Source of the DNA: an uncultured Rhodospirillaceae bacterium
GTDB taxonomy: Bacteria > Pseudomonadota > Alphaproteobacteria > Rhodospirillales > UBA2165
Assembly: GCA_913020445.1 (NCBI GenBank)
Contig: CAJWAR010000014.1
Location: 6,585-70,584, forward strand
DNA: 64,000 bases
Direction of reading: 5' to 3'
Made by a program: the position numbers and the translations under genes. Positions within the stretch are counted from its first letter, which is position 1, and every line of letters starts with the position of its first letter. Of the stretch, positions 1 through 9,209 are shown piece after piece. The notes under the pieces were generated by a model, which worked only from the letters and a program-made list of their open reading frames with translations, was not told the DNA's origin and made no database searches.

Positions 1-408
1 GCAATTGAATAGCATCACACTCGACCAGTTTTTCTTCTCGTACTTGGTTTGCGGCTGATCAAGAAATTTTCGCTCTTCCGGCGGCACATGGTCATGTTTG
101 ACGCATTGCACGGCAAAACTTTCGTCCCGCAGCTGCCACAGATTGGCCATGTCATCCAGGACCAGCATATCGCAATCCATAAAAAGGGCCCAACCCTCGA
201 AGTCACACAGATAAGGCGTCAGAAATCGCGAAAACGAAAAATCGGTGGATTGCAGATTATGGCGTTCCCGCCACATCAGATCGCCAAGATGTTTGAGGCT
301 CAAGGGCGTTATCGAGACCGTTTCGGTGGCGCGCGCCTGAATGGAATGACAAAGAACATTATAGGCAACTGCTTCACGCGGGTCGTAGCCAATAAATATT
401 CTGATCAT
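1..408 (-). CDS. Glycosyltransferase, family 8-like (partial; 3' end runs off the left window edge)
   Basis: My translation of the minus strand from the ATG at 408-406 is open to position 1: MIRIFIGYDPREAVAYNVLCHSIQ...FMDCDMLVLDDMANLW. It has a DxD-type motif (DCD) typical of GT8/Lgt-like transferases. It is absent from the ORF track because there is no stop in the window. Same strand as panC, 10 nt downstream of it. Confidence 0.6.
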   Translation of the reverse strand, partial: MIRIFIGYDPREAVAYNVLCHSIQARATETVSITPLSLKHLGDLMWRERHNLQSTDFSFSRFLTPYLCDFEGWALFMDCDMLVLDDMANLWQLRDESFAVQCVKHDHVPPEERKFLDQPQTKYEKKNWSSVMLFNC

Positions 409-417
409 ATGTTCTAC

Positions 418-1272
418 CTAGACATCGATTGCAATATTGTCGATCAGCCGGGTCTTACCGAGCCAAGCTGCCGCTAATAGCCGTGCCTTCCCGGCAACAA
501 TTTCAAGTTGTTCGAGACTTGTCGGATCACAGACTGCAATATAATCCACTTTGGTAAAGCCCACGTTAAGAAGCTCAGCCGTTGCCGCGGCAATACTCGA
601 AGTGACCTGAGCGCCGTTTGCAAGCGCGTACCCGGCACCTATTAACGCCTGATGCAAAGCCGGTGCCGCTTGTCGATCCTCGGCACTCAAATAAGCATTG
701 CGCGATGATAAAGCGAGCCCGTCAGGCTCACGCACAATCGGACAACTGACAATGTCGACTGGTAAATCTAAATCTTTGGTCAGGCGCTTGATCACGCAGA
801 GCTGCTGATAATCTTTCTCACCAAAGTAAGCGCGATCCGGTAAGGATTGGATGAGTAGTTTAGCCACTACAGTGGCGACACCGGTAAAAAAGCCGGGTCT
901 AAAACCACCTTCCAGCAGATCACCGATCCCCGGTACAGCAACCGCCGTCACAGCGCCGTCCGAATACATTTCCTCAACCGCAGGCGCAAATAACAGATCG
1001 ACGCCTCTGGCAGCTAAGGCGGCGGCATCTGCCACTTCATCCCGGGGATAAACATCTAGATCTTCGCTCGGGCCAAATTGCTTCGGATTGACAAATAAGC
1101 TGGTGACGGTGCGAGCATTGGTTTGAACGGACTGCTCGACCAATGAGAAATGACCGTCATGCAGTGCTCCCATGGTCGGCACCAGACCAATGCTCAGGCC
1201 TTCTTTGCGCCAACTCGCAAGAAGTTGCCGGAGATCGGCAACCGTGCGAACAATCTCTAACTCGTCAGACAT
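418..1272 (-). CDS. panC: Pantoate--beta-alanine ligase
   Basis: 284 aa. PTMGALHDGH (HxGH nucleotidyltransferase motif) and SSRN near the C-terminal third. Directly downstream of panB. Confidence 0.95.
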   Translation of the reverse strand: MSDELEIVRTVADLRQLLASWRKEGLSIGLVPTMGALHDGHFSLVEQSVQTNARTVTSLFVNPKQFGPSEDLDVYPRDEVADAAALAARGVDLLFAPAVEEMYSDGAVTAVAVPGIGDLLEGGFRPGFFTGVATVVAKLLIQSLPDRAYFGEKDYQQLCVIKRLTKDLDLPVDIVSCPIVREPDGLALSSRNAYLSAEDRQAAPALHQALIGAGYALANGAQVTSSIAAATAELLNVGFTKVDYIAVCDPTSLEQLEIVAGKARLLAAAWLGKTRLIDNIAIDV

Positions 1273-1296
1273 TTATTTTCAGGTATTTTCAGGCAT

Positions 1297-2142
1297 TTAT
1301 TTCTTGCCGTAGCAATGCTCATCAGCCGGAAAGGTGCGGGCTTTGACTTCCTTGGCATAGTCAGCGGCGGCTTTGTCCATTTCCTCAGCGATTTCGGCAA
1401 AGCGTTTGACAAATCTCGGCGTGAAATCGGTGAACATGCCAAACGCATCTTCGGTGACCAGAATTTGGCCGTCGCAAGCTGCCGAAGCGCCGATGCCGAT
1501 CGTCACAACGTGAATGTCACGCGTGATTTCTGCCGCCAAATGTTCGACAACACCTTCGATCACAATCGAAAAAGCTCCCGCATCGGCAATTGCATGGGCA
1601 TCTTTTTTGACCTTAGCGGCTTCATCTTGATTACGTCCATGGGCGCGATAGCCACCTGCCACGTTGACCGATTGTGGTTTCAAACCAACATGACCCATCA
1701 CCGGAATACCACGCTCCACCAGGAAGCGAACGGTCTCAGCCATTTCGGTGCCACCTTCGATTTTTATCGCTGCACAACCGGTTTCAATCATCACCTGCGC
1801 GCAATTTCGATAAGCCTGCTCGGGACTTTCCTGGTAGGTGCCAAAGGGCATATCAACAATCACGCAGGCACGTGAGGAGCCCCTAACAACAGCTGCACCG
1901 TGATTGATCGCCATGTCGAGCGTCACGCCCAAGGTCGAGTCTAGGCCGTACAGAACCATCCCTAAGGAATCACCGACGAGCAAAAAATCGCAATGCGGAT
2001 CGAGAATTTTCGCCATCGGCGCCGTGTAAGCTGTGAGCGAGACAATTGGCTCACCGCCTTTGCGGGCAGCAAGGTCTGGAACACTTACTCGGCGGGTTGG
2101 ACCGGATTTAGGAACAATTTTTAAGGTGCTGTTAGTACTCAT
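1297..2142 (-). CDS. panB: 3-methyl-2-oxobutanoate hydroxymethyltransferase
   Basis: 281 aa. LTAYT...[10 protein letters not shown]...GHVGLKPQS motifs characteristic of KPHMT. Confidence 0.95.
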   Translation of the reverse strand: MSTNSTLKIVPKSGPTRRVSVPDLAARKGGEPIVSLTAYTAPMAKILDPHCDFLLVGDSLGMVLYGLDSTLGVTLDMAINHGAAVVRGSSRACVIVDMPFGTYQESPEQAYRNCAQVMIETGCAAIKIEGGTEMAETVRFLVERGIPVMGHVGLKPQSVNVAGGYRAHGRNQDEAAKVKKDAHAIADAGAFSIVIEGVVEHLAAEITRDIHVVTIGIGASAACDGQILVTEDAFGMFTDFTPRFVKRFAEIAEEMDKAAADYAKEVKARTFPADEHCYGKK

Positions 2143-2375
2143 GCTCTGCGCTCCTTAGGTATTTATGGCAGGCTCAATTTAAATCAGGCCGCTGGCATAT
2201 CACATAGTGCGGTGATTCACCAGTACCAGCACTATTTTTAGCTCATGCCCTATAAAAGCCAAATTTTACCGCTAAATCCCGGCTTAATCCTTGAGATTGA
2301 TCAACAAAGTCGGGCATTATCATCAAAACACCATAAAAAGTGCTCACGACTAAGAATATAAGGGAAATTTCACTC

Positions 2376-4238
2376 ATGCTGGGACTGCGCAATCGCTTGG
2401 CTTTACGCCCAATGTTAACTCTCATTGGCGGCGTCCTGATACTGGCAGGCTGTCAGCATGAGGGCGAATTACAGCTCAGCGACCAGGCCAATACGCCAGC
2501 TGACAAAAATATAGTCGAGGCCGATCCCAAAAGCGAAGCCAATAAAGAAGCACGGGCAACGCCGGAGGCAGCATCGGATAGATTTACCGGACCCGCAAAT
2601 CGCTCCTCGGCAGTGGCGCAAAAATACATGGTCGCGGCGGCAAATCCGCTGGCTGCCCAGGCGGGACTTGAGATATTGCGCGCCGGCGGCTCGGCGGTTG
2701 ATGCGGTGATCGCAACCCAGCTTGCCTTGAACGTGGTCGAACCGCAATCCTCCGGCATTGGCGGCGGTGCTTTCCTGATGCATTACCAGGCCAAATCCCG
2801 GGCCATCGAAGCCTTTGATGGCCGGGAAACCGCGCCGGCCGCAGCAAGCGGTGATATGTTCCTCAAAAAAGATGGTTCGCGGCCGAATTTTCATGATGTT
2901 GTCCCCGGCGGTCTTTCGGTCGGTGTGCCGGGGGCACTTCGCATGATGGAAAGTGCCCATAAAAAACACGGGCATCTATCCTGGGCCCGGCTGTTCGAGC
3001 CCGCGATCAAGCTCGCCGATGAAGGCTTTAAAATTTCAAAAAGACTTCATACATTGGTTAAAATTGACCGGCATCTCAAAAAGTTCAGCCTGTCAAATGC
3101 CTTTTTCTATGACAATGCCGGTTTCGCTAAGCCGGTTGGCACATTGTTGGTCAACAAACCACTGGCCGAAACCTTTCGCCAAATTGCCAAAGACGGTGCG
3201 GATGCCTTTTATAACGGAGATATAGCGGCTGATATCATTAAGACGGTACGGGGTGCATCGCTTAATCCCGGCCGAATGACCGCCTCAGACCTCGCCGCCT
3301 ATCAGGCCAAAAAGCGATCTCCGGTGTGTTCGTTCTATCGCATGTGGCTGATCTGCGGCATGCCGCCGCCGACTTCCGGCGGTATTACTACCCTGCAAAT
3401 CTTGGGACTTTTGCAAAGCACTGATCTGTCACGCCTCATTCCTGGTTCCGCCGAGGCCGTTCACATGATCGCCGAAGCCGGCAGACTCGCCTTTGCTGAT
3501 CGCAATAAATATCTTGCTGATGATGATTTTGTCGCCGTGCCGAAAGACCGGCTGATCGATCCCGGCTATCTCGCCAAACGGGCCAAGCTTATCTCGAAAT
3601 CCCAATCGATGGGTAAAGCCAAACCGGGTAAAGTGAAGCTCAAGACTGCTCAACTACTCGGCACCTATGCGGCTCACGAAGGAGAATCAACGTCCCATAT
3701 CAGTGTTGTGGATGGCGCAGGTAATGCAGCTTCCCAGACCTCGAGCATTGAAAACGCCTTTGGCTCACGGCTAATGGTGCGGGGCTTTTTGCTCAACAAT
3801 CAACTTACCGATTTTTCCTTTGTGCCGGTTGCAAACGGCAAGGCGATCGCTAACCGGGTGCAGCCCAAAAAACGGCCGCGCTCATCGATGAGCCCAACGC
3901 TGGTTGTCGACGGCAGCGGAAAATTTGTCATGGCCGTGGGTTCCCCAGGCGGCTCACGCATCATCGGCTATGTCGCCAAAACTTTGATCGCAGCACTTGA
4001 TTGGAAAATGGGCGTCCAGGCGGCAATTGACCTGCCGCATTTCGTCAACCGCAATGGCACCACCGATCTCGAAAAAGGCTCCAATCTGGAAGTGCTCAAA
4101 CCGGCACTCGAAAAACTGGGCCACAAAGTCCGCATCCGCAAGCTGACCAGCGGTCTCCATGCTATTTTCAAAGCCAAAGACGGCAAACTGTATGGTGGTG
4201 CTGATCCCCGGCGCGAAGGCGTCGCGATCGGCGATTAG
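2376..4238 (+). CDS. ggt: Gamma-glutamyltransferase (probable lipoprotein or periplasmic)
   Basis: GGGAFLMHY and the autoprocessing or nucleophile region GESTSHISVVD. The N-terminus has a signal peptide and lipobox (LILAGC). ATG 2376 chosen because AGGGA lies upstream; the ORF track starts at GTG 2340. Confidence 0.9.
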   Translation: MLGLRNRLALRPMLTLIGGVLILAGCQHEGELQLSDQANTPADKNIVEADPKSEANKEARATPEAASDRFTGPANRSSAVAQKYMVAAANPLAAQAGLEILRAGGSAVDAVIATQLALNVVEPQSSGIGGGAFLMHYQAKSRAIEAFDGRETAPAAASGDMFLKKDGSRPNFHDVVPGGLSVGVPGALRMMESAHKKHGHLSWARLFEPAIKLADEGFKISKRLHTLVKIDRHLKKFSLSNAFFYDNAGFAKPVGTLLVNKPLAETFRQIAKDGADAFYNGDIAADIIKTVRGASLNPGRMTASDLAAYQAKKRSPVCSFYRMWLICGMPPPTSGGITTLQILGLLQSTDLSRLIPGSAEAVHMIAEAGRLAFADRNKYLADDDFVAVPKDRLIDPGYLAKRAKLISKSQSMGKAKPGKVKLKTAQLLGTYAAHEGESTSHISVVDGAGNAASQTSSIENAFGSRLMVRGFLLNNQLTDFSFVPVANGKAIANRVQPKKRPRSSMSPTLVVDGSGKFVMAVGSPGGSRIIGYVAKTLIAALDWKMGVQAAIDLPHFVNRNGTTDLEKGSNLEVLKPALEKLGHKVRIRKLTSGLHAIFKAKDGKLYGGADPRREGVAIGD

Positions 4239-4245
4239 GTCTTCG

Positions 4246-5703
4246 TTAATACCACAGCGCCGCGCCTTCTTTGATATTCTCCGGTAATTCGATGCCAAAG
4301 ATCGTGCCCTCTTTGCTGGTTCTTAAAACGTTCAAATCACCGCCATGGGCGCGCATAACATCGCGGGCTATAACCAGGCCAAGCCCCGTGCCATCCGTCT
4401 TAGTCGAGCTGGCAAAGGGCGTGAACAGATTTTCTTTCGCTTTATCCGGCAAGCCCGGGCCATCATCCTGTACTTTTATACAGACGGCGTTTTGTGGCTT
4501 GGGCGACACGGCAACATTGATATTATGAGCGCCCGCTTGAATGGCATTGCGGGTGAGATTGTTGAGCACGCGAAAAAGCTGTTCGCGGTCCGCCTCAACC
4601 AGCAGTTCCCGTTCGACCTCATTTTTCCAGCGGGTACCGTTTTCACCAAGGTCTGATATTTTAACGGCGGCTTCCACTTCATCGACCAAATCGCGCAGTG
4701 AAAAACAGCTCGGCGTCAGCAGGGGCGAGTTTTGGCGGGCGAAATTCAAAGTCTGCGAGCAAAGATTAACCGCCTTGTCGATGGCACTAAACAATTTGGG
4801 CAGCAGCCGTTTAACTTCGGGGTCTTCACTGCCGGTCAAGCGATCTGAAACCAGCATCGCTGTCGTCAGGGAGTTGCGCAAATCATGATTGATTTTAGCG
4901 ATCGCGGCACCGAGAGCTGCCAGCCGGCGGCGCTGACGCATCGCCAGGCGAACCTCGCGCTGCATGATGCGCAATTCCCGCTCAGCAATGCCGATTTCAT
5001 CACCCCGGTTGGAGCGATAGATATCGGCCCGTTCATCTTCAGGATTGGCGCGAAAGTTTTCCATACTTTCCGTAATCCGCCGCATTGGCCTGACCATCAG
5101 CCATTGCAAAGAAAGATAAACCAAACCGCCGGCAATGAGCGAAATGACAATTGAAAGACCGAGAATGCGCCAAGAGAAATCGAGCATGGCAGCCCGCATT
5201 GGCTGCTCATCAATCATCACTTCAACTATGACAGCAGCGTCTTTTGGTGACGGTCCGATAACCCGCAAAACCCGGTTCTCAGATTGCAGAACGGTTTTGA
5301 AAGCATCGACAATCCAGCCGAAAAAAACCGGTTCACGCAGATCAAGCGTGAGGTCAACCGATGGCAATTTGCCGAAATCAGCTTCGCCGGGACCGAGCAC
5401 AAAAAGGCTGCGAGTCGGTTGGCGCAGAACAATGTTATAGGTTTCGGTGTGTTGCAGCAGGCGTTGGCGCATGCCGGCACTGACATTCCGGGCGCCAATA
5501 TCTTCAAGCGCCAGGGTGGCCAAATGGGCCGCGGCAATGCGCTCCTCAAGATAAACTTTACGAAATCTGCCAACAGATGGCGCATAGATCATAACCTCGC
5601 CAACCATCACGAAGATAAGCGTCAGCAAAAGCAATCGAGCCGACAGGCTACGCAACATCGGTTGCCGCGTTATTTCTCCAGGATGATCCGGTATTTCAGC
5701 CAT
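4246..5703 (-). CDS. Sensor histidine kinase (membrane-anchored; no response regulator in the window)
   Basis: 485 aa. TM segments near the N-terminus and around residue 180. H-box INHDLRNSL, N-box NNLTRNAIQA, DDGPGLP, GTGLGLVIAR. Confidence 0.85.
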   Translation of the reverse strand: MAEIPDHPGEITRQPMLRSLSARLLLLTLIFVMVGEVMIYAPSVGRFRKVYLEERIAAAHLATLALEDIGARNVSAGMRQRLLQHTETYNIVLRQPTRSLFVLGPGEADFGKLPSVDLTLDLREPVFFGWIVDAFKTVLQSENRVLRVIGPSPKDAAVIVEVMIDEQPMRAAMLDFSWRILGLSIVISLIAGGLVYLSLQWLMVRPMRRITESMENFRANPEDERADIYRSNRGDEIGIAERELRIMQREVRLAMRQRRRLAALGAAIAKINHDLRNSLTTAMLVSDRLTGSEDPEVKRLLPKLFSAIDKAVNLCSQTLNFARQNSPLLTPSCFSLRDLVDEVEAAVKISDLGENGTRWKNEVERELLVEADREQLFRVLNNLTRNAIQAGAHNINVAVSPKPQNAVCIKVQDDGPGLPDKAKENLFTPFASSTKTDGTGLGLVIARDVMRAHGGDLNVLRTSKEGTIFGIELPENIKEGAALWY

Positions 5704-5774
5704 ATCGCCAGCCTACACCAGCCGATTTGCCGAGACTACACTTTGTTAGAATTGAGGTTATAAACCCAAATAAA

Positions 5775-7202
5775 TTAGCCAAATCGCGACAAAAACCTCA
5801 CTAATTTGCGGGTGCGGGTACTGAATAGAGATTCTTTAAAAAACTCTCCTGCCGCCCGTTTATTGGCTTCACCCAAAGTCGGGTAGGGTGAAATCATGCC
5901 GGCAATTTTGCCGATTTTGAGCTTTGAACTGATGGCCAATCCCCATATTTGAATAAGTTCTCCGGCCTGGGGGCCAACGATGGTCGCCCCTAATATGTGA
6001 CCCTTCGGTGTCGCGACAACTTTAATAAAACCAGCTGTATTGCCTTCCGTGACCGCTCGATCATTTTCAGCAAATGGCCAGTTGATGACCCTAAATTCCA
6101 GCGCTTGATCGCGGGCAGCTTGTGCGGTCAATCCAACTTGCGCCAATTCAGGCGAGGTATACGTCACCCAGGGATAGGCAGCCTGGTTGACTTTGGACGG
6201 CAAGCGAAACAAGGCGTTACGAATGACTATACCAGCATGATAACCAGCGATATGTGTGAACTGATGACCACCCGCCACATCACCAATGGCAAAAACCTTT
6301 TTGTTGGAAGTGCGCAGCCGTTCATCGACTACGATGCCCTGCGGTGTGTAATCAATGCCGGCTTTTTCCAATTGGAGATTGTCCAAATGTGGCCGCCGGC
6401 CGGCCGCAACAAGAAGATGACTACCCGAAATTTTTTCTGAACCGGCGTCACTTTCAACCGTGAGCTCGACGCCGGCATCCGCCTTTGCTGTCGCCACGAC
6501 TTTGACACCTTCCCTGAGCGTAATGCCTTCCTGTACGAGTTGAGCGCGCACAATCTCCACTGCGTCCGCATCGTCACTGGGCAACATGCTGGCCATTTCA
6601 AGCACAGTTACCGCACTGCCCAATTGCCGATGGGCCTGTGCCAGCTCAATCCCGATCGGGCCACCACCGAGGATGATCAAATGTTCTGGTATGTCGGATT
6701 GGTTAAAAATATTTTCATTGGTGTAATGAGGCGTTGCCTCAAGGCCGGGTATCGGTGGCACAACCGGACCCGATCCAGTCGCGACAACAAATCGCCGGGC
6801 TTGAATGCGCTGATCACCGACCGTGACTTCGCCGGGGCCGGAGAATTTACCTTCGCCTAAGAGGACATTAACGCCGTAGTCTTCAAATCGCTCCACCGAA
6901 TCATGCGGGGCGATTTCGTCGATAGCGCTCTGGACATGATCAAAAACATTTTTGCCGTTGATGTTTATATTGTCGGCCTGGATGCCGAATCGGCTTGACG
7001 TTCTGGCAGTTTGAGCGGCATGAGCTGCCGCCAGCAGCGCTTTTGACGGCACACAGCCAGTGTTCAGACAATCACCACCCATTTTGTCCCGCTCGATCAA
7101 TATTGTATCAATGCCCAGTTGGGCAGCGACCGCGGCAACGACCAAACCACCTGAGCCGGCACCGATGATGCAGATATCTGTTTTGACGGGATTGGTGGTC
7201 AT
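5775..7202 (-). CDS. FAD-dependent pyridine nucleotide-disulfide oxidoreductase (class I; lipoamide dehydrogenase / mercuric reductase-like)
   Basis: 475 aa. GAGSGG dinucleotide fold, redox-active CLNTGCVPSK, second GGGPIG NAD fold, C-terminal dimerisation region. Confidence 0.85.
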   Translation of the reverse strand: MTTNPVKTDICIIGAGSGGLVVAAVAAQLGIDTILIERDKMGGDCLNTGCVPSKALLAAAHAAQTARTSSRFGIQADNININGKNVFDHVQSAIDEIAPHDSVERFEDYGVNVLLGEGKFSGPGEVTVGDQRIQARRFVVATGSGPVVPPIPGLEATPHYTNENIFNQSDIPEHLIILGGGPIGIELAQAHRQLGSAVTVLEMASMLPSDDADAVEIVRAQLVQEGITLREGVKVVATAKADAGVELTVESDAGSEKISGSHLLVAAGRRPHLDNLQLEKAGIDYTPQGIVVDERLRTSNKKVFAIGDVAGGHQFTHIAGYHAGIVIRNALFRLPSKVNQAAYPWVTYTSPELAQVGLTAQAARDQALEFRVINWPFAENDRAVTEGNTAGFIKVVATPKGHILGATIVGPQAGELIQIWGLAISSKLKIGKIAGMISPYPTLGEANKRAAGEFFKESLFSTRTRKLVRFLSRFG

Positions 7203-7215
7203 AGTTGTTTTTAGC

Positions 7216-7992
7216 CTATTGCGATTTTTTTAATTTCCGATAAGCCACCGGGATGAGAGCCAGCAAGGCCAGCCCCAGCAGCGGGACCAGAATTTCAGGT
7301 GACCAGATCATTGATATATCAGGTACGCCCCCCTTATCAATGATATGACCCAACCCATTACCTAAGCTCGAATAGACAAAGGTGCCCGGCATGATACCAA
7401 AAAAGGTGGTGATAACGAAGGTCCGAACCGAAACACCTAAAAAGGCCGGTACAATGTTAACCAGCCAAAATGGAAATAACGGAACAAAGCGTAATACCAA
7501 CAGGTAGCTGAAGGCGTTCTCCTGGAATCCGGTTTCCATTTTTAGGATCGTCGTCCCGCATTTTGCATGAAAAAAATCAGCAAAGGCATAGCGGGCCGCC
7601 AGAAAAATTATCACCGCACCCAATGTCGCGCCGAACAAGACCAGCAGACCGCCCTTAATCGCGCCAAACATAAACCCGCCGGCGATGGTCAGCCAGATGG
7701 CACCCGGTAAGCTGATCGCCGTTGCCACCCCGTAAGCCAAAACATAAGCAAAAGTGGAAATCGTGTAGTTGTCCTGCTTCCACTGCATAATGGCAGAACG
7801 GTTTTCTTGCAGAGACTCAAAACTCAAATAATAGTGAAAATCCATGGCAAACGCGCCGATTAACCCGCCAACCAGCAAAACCAGCGGCAGAATACGCCAC
7901 GGAGACAAGGCGCTTTTTTGGGCGTTCGCGGCAGATTGAGTATCGTCGGCAATCTTGTTACCGGTAGTCTCAGTGGTGGAGCTTTCAGTCAT
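7216..7992 (-). CDS. TVP38/TMEM64 (DedA/SNARE-associated) family membrane protein
   Basis: 258 aa polytopic membrane protein whose pattern fits the TVP38 family. 13 nt upstream of the oxidoreductase on the same strand. Confidence 0.7.
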   Translation of the reverse strand: MTESSTTETTGNKIADDTQSAANAQKSALSPWRILPLVLLVGGLIGAFAMDFHYYLSFESLQENRSAIMQWKQDNYTISTFAYVLAYGVATAISLPGAIWLTIAGGFMFGAIKGGLLVLFGATLGAVIIFLAARYAFADFFHAKCGTTILKMETGFQENAFSYLLVLRFVPLFPFWLVNIVPAFLGVSVRTFVITTFFGIMPGTFVYSSLGNGLGHIIDKGGVPDISMIWSPEILVPLLGLALLALIPVAYRKLKKSQ

Positions 7993-8158
7993 GTAGTCCT
8001 GGAAATCCGTTCAATTTATTAAATACGAAAGAAAACCCAATTACTTTATAATACAAGTAGGGATTTTCGGAGCATTAGTTACTGAATGAAGTCTCTTTCC
8101 TCCAGTCACCATTGCGTGAAGCCTATTTGAATGCTTCTATTCTTTGTGCGATGTATCG

Positions 8159-8187
8159 TTGACTTATGGGGTCCGAGAACGTATACA
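8159..8187 (+). promoter_or_regulatory. Candidate sigma70-type promoter for rpmH
   Basis: TTGACT (8159-8164), 17-nt spacer, TATACA (8182-8187), about 90 nt upstream of the rpmH start. Pattern match only. Confidence 0.3.
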
Positions 8188-8274
8188 CCGGGCCTTGCTT
8201 TTAACGGTTCAGATGATCCTAAGGTTTTGACGATTTTCGGAGAACCGCAAAGAAATTTTTTTCGGAGAAGTTTA

Positions 8275-8409
8275 GTGAAACGCACTTTTCAACCGAGCAA
8301 CCTTGTGCGCAAACGTCGTCATGGCTTCCGCTCCCGTATGGCTACCGTCACCGGGCGTCGGATTATTGCCAAACGCCGTGCCAAAGGTCGCAAAAGCCTT
8401 TCCGCCTAA
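8275..8409 (+). CDS. rpmH: 50S ribosomal protein L34
   Basis: GTG start gives (M)[43 protein letters not shown], a 44-aa canonical L34. The track ORF 8131-8409 has a spurious 5' extension. Confidence 0.95.
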   Translation: MKRTFQPSNLVRKRRHGFRSRMATVTGRRIIAKRRAKGRKSLSA

Positions 8410-8432
8410 CGCCGCGAGATTGAGGCGGTCCA

Positions 8433-8810
8433 GTGGTGGCCTATCCAATAGAACGATTGAAAGAACGCCCGGAATTTTTGCGGGTTGCTTCGACGCGTCA
8501 GCGCCATGCTGCGCCCGGTCTTGTTTTGCAAATGCGCGAGCATAGCGAAAATGAGCGCCTTGCTGTTGAGTATGGACCAATTCGGCTGGGTTTCACTGTC
8601 AGTAAGAAAGTTGGCAATGCGGTCGTCCGAAATCGCGTCAAACGGCGCCTGCGGGCGGCGGCGGCGGCTGTACTGCCCAACCACGCCCGGCCCTATCGGG
8701 ATTTTGTTATCATTGGCCGGCAAAATGCGATTAAACGATCTTTTCCTGATCTTAAGGCTGACCTTGAAAAGGCGCTTAAAAAGCTTGATGCCTATGAGGA
8801 AACGCCATGA
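8433..8810 (+). CDS. rnpA: Ribonuclease P protein component
   Basis: 125 aa. [12 protein letters not shown]...[22 protein letters not shown] (the RNR motif region). Canonical position after rpmH. The exact start (GTG 8433 or a downstream TTG) is uncertain. Confidence 0.9.
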   Translation: MVAYPIERLKERPEFLRVASTRQRHAAPGLVLQMREHSENERLAVEYGPIRLGFTVSKKVGNAVVRNRVKRRLRAAAAAVLPNHARPYRDFVIIGRQNAIKRSFPDLKADLEKALKKLDAYEETP

Positions 8811-9181
8811 CCGTCATAGCTCATTTTTTCCGTGGATTTTTTTTAACCTTCATTCGCGCCTATCAATGGTTGGTCTCGCCGGTTCTGCCAGGTTCGTGCC
8901 GCCATCTGCCGACCTGCTCTCAATATGCTGTCGAAGCAATTGATATTCATGGGCCTTTTCACGGATTTTGGCTGGCCTTGAAACGGGTTTTGCGCTGTAA
9001 CCCATGGGGCAGCAGCGGCTATGATCCGGTGCCCCCGAAATCGCCAGCTGATAAGGGATCAAAAATAACCGAAAAGTCGGTTGCAGAAGAGCCAATGCAC
9101 GGATATACCGAGCGCGCAAATTCTTCAAACGAAACAAATTCACAAAAGTTTTCCGCCACACATTCGTCGGGACCGCCGTAG
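8807..9181 (+). CDS. yidD: Membrane protein insertion efficiency factor YidD, with a roughly 45-aa low-complexity C-terminal extension
   Basis: [27 protein letters not shown]...[17 protein letters not shown] overlap with the rnpA stop. Confidence 0.85.
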   Translation: MTVIAHFFRGFFLTFIRAYQWLVSPVLPGSCRHLPTCSQYAVEAIDIHGPFHGFWLALKRVLRCNPWGSSGYDPVPPKSPADKGSKITEKSVAEEPMHGYTERANSSNETNSQKFSATHSSGPP

Positions 9182-9209
9182 AGAGATAAAGTCAGGAAAC
9201 TAAAAAACC

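Noticed and set aside
15-477. Track ORFs 49-477 (+, 142 aa) and 15-206 (-, 63 aa) at the left edge
   Set aside because: Their translations have no recognisable features. A different minus-strand frame, open from 408 to position 1, encodes a coherent GT8-like N-terminus, so these are shadow ORFs.
7993-8274. Possible replication origin near rpmH-rnpA-yidD-yidC
   Set aside because: No dnaA or dnaN is in the window and no cluster of DnaA boxes lies in this spacer. Alphaproteobacterial origins are usually not at this locus.
8402-8427. Stem-loop CCGCCT...AGGCGG between rpmH and rnpA
   Set aside because: The stem is only 6 bp with no following T-run, so it cannot be called a terminator or attenuator from sequence alone.
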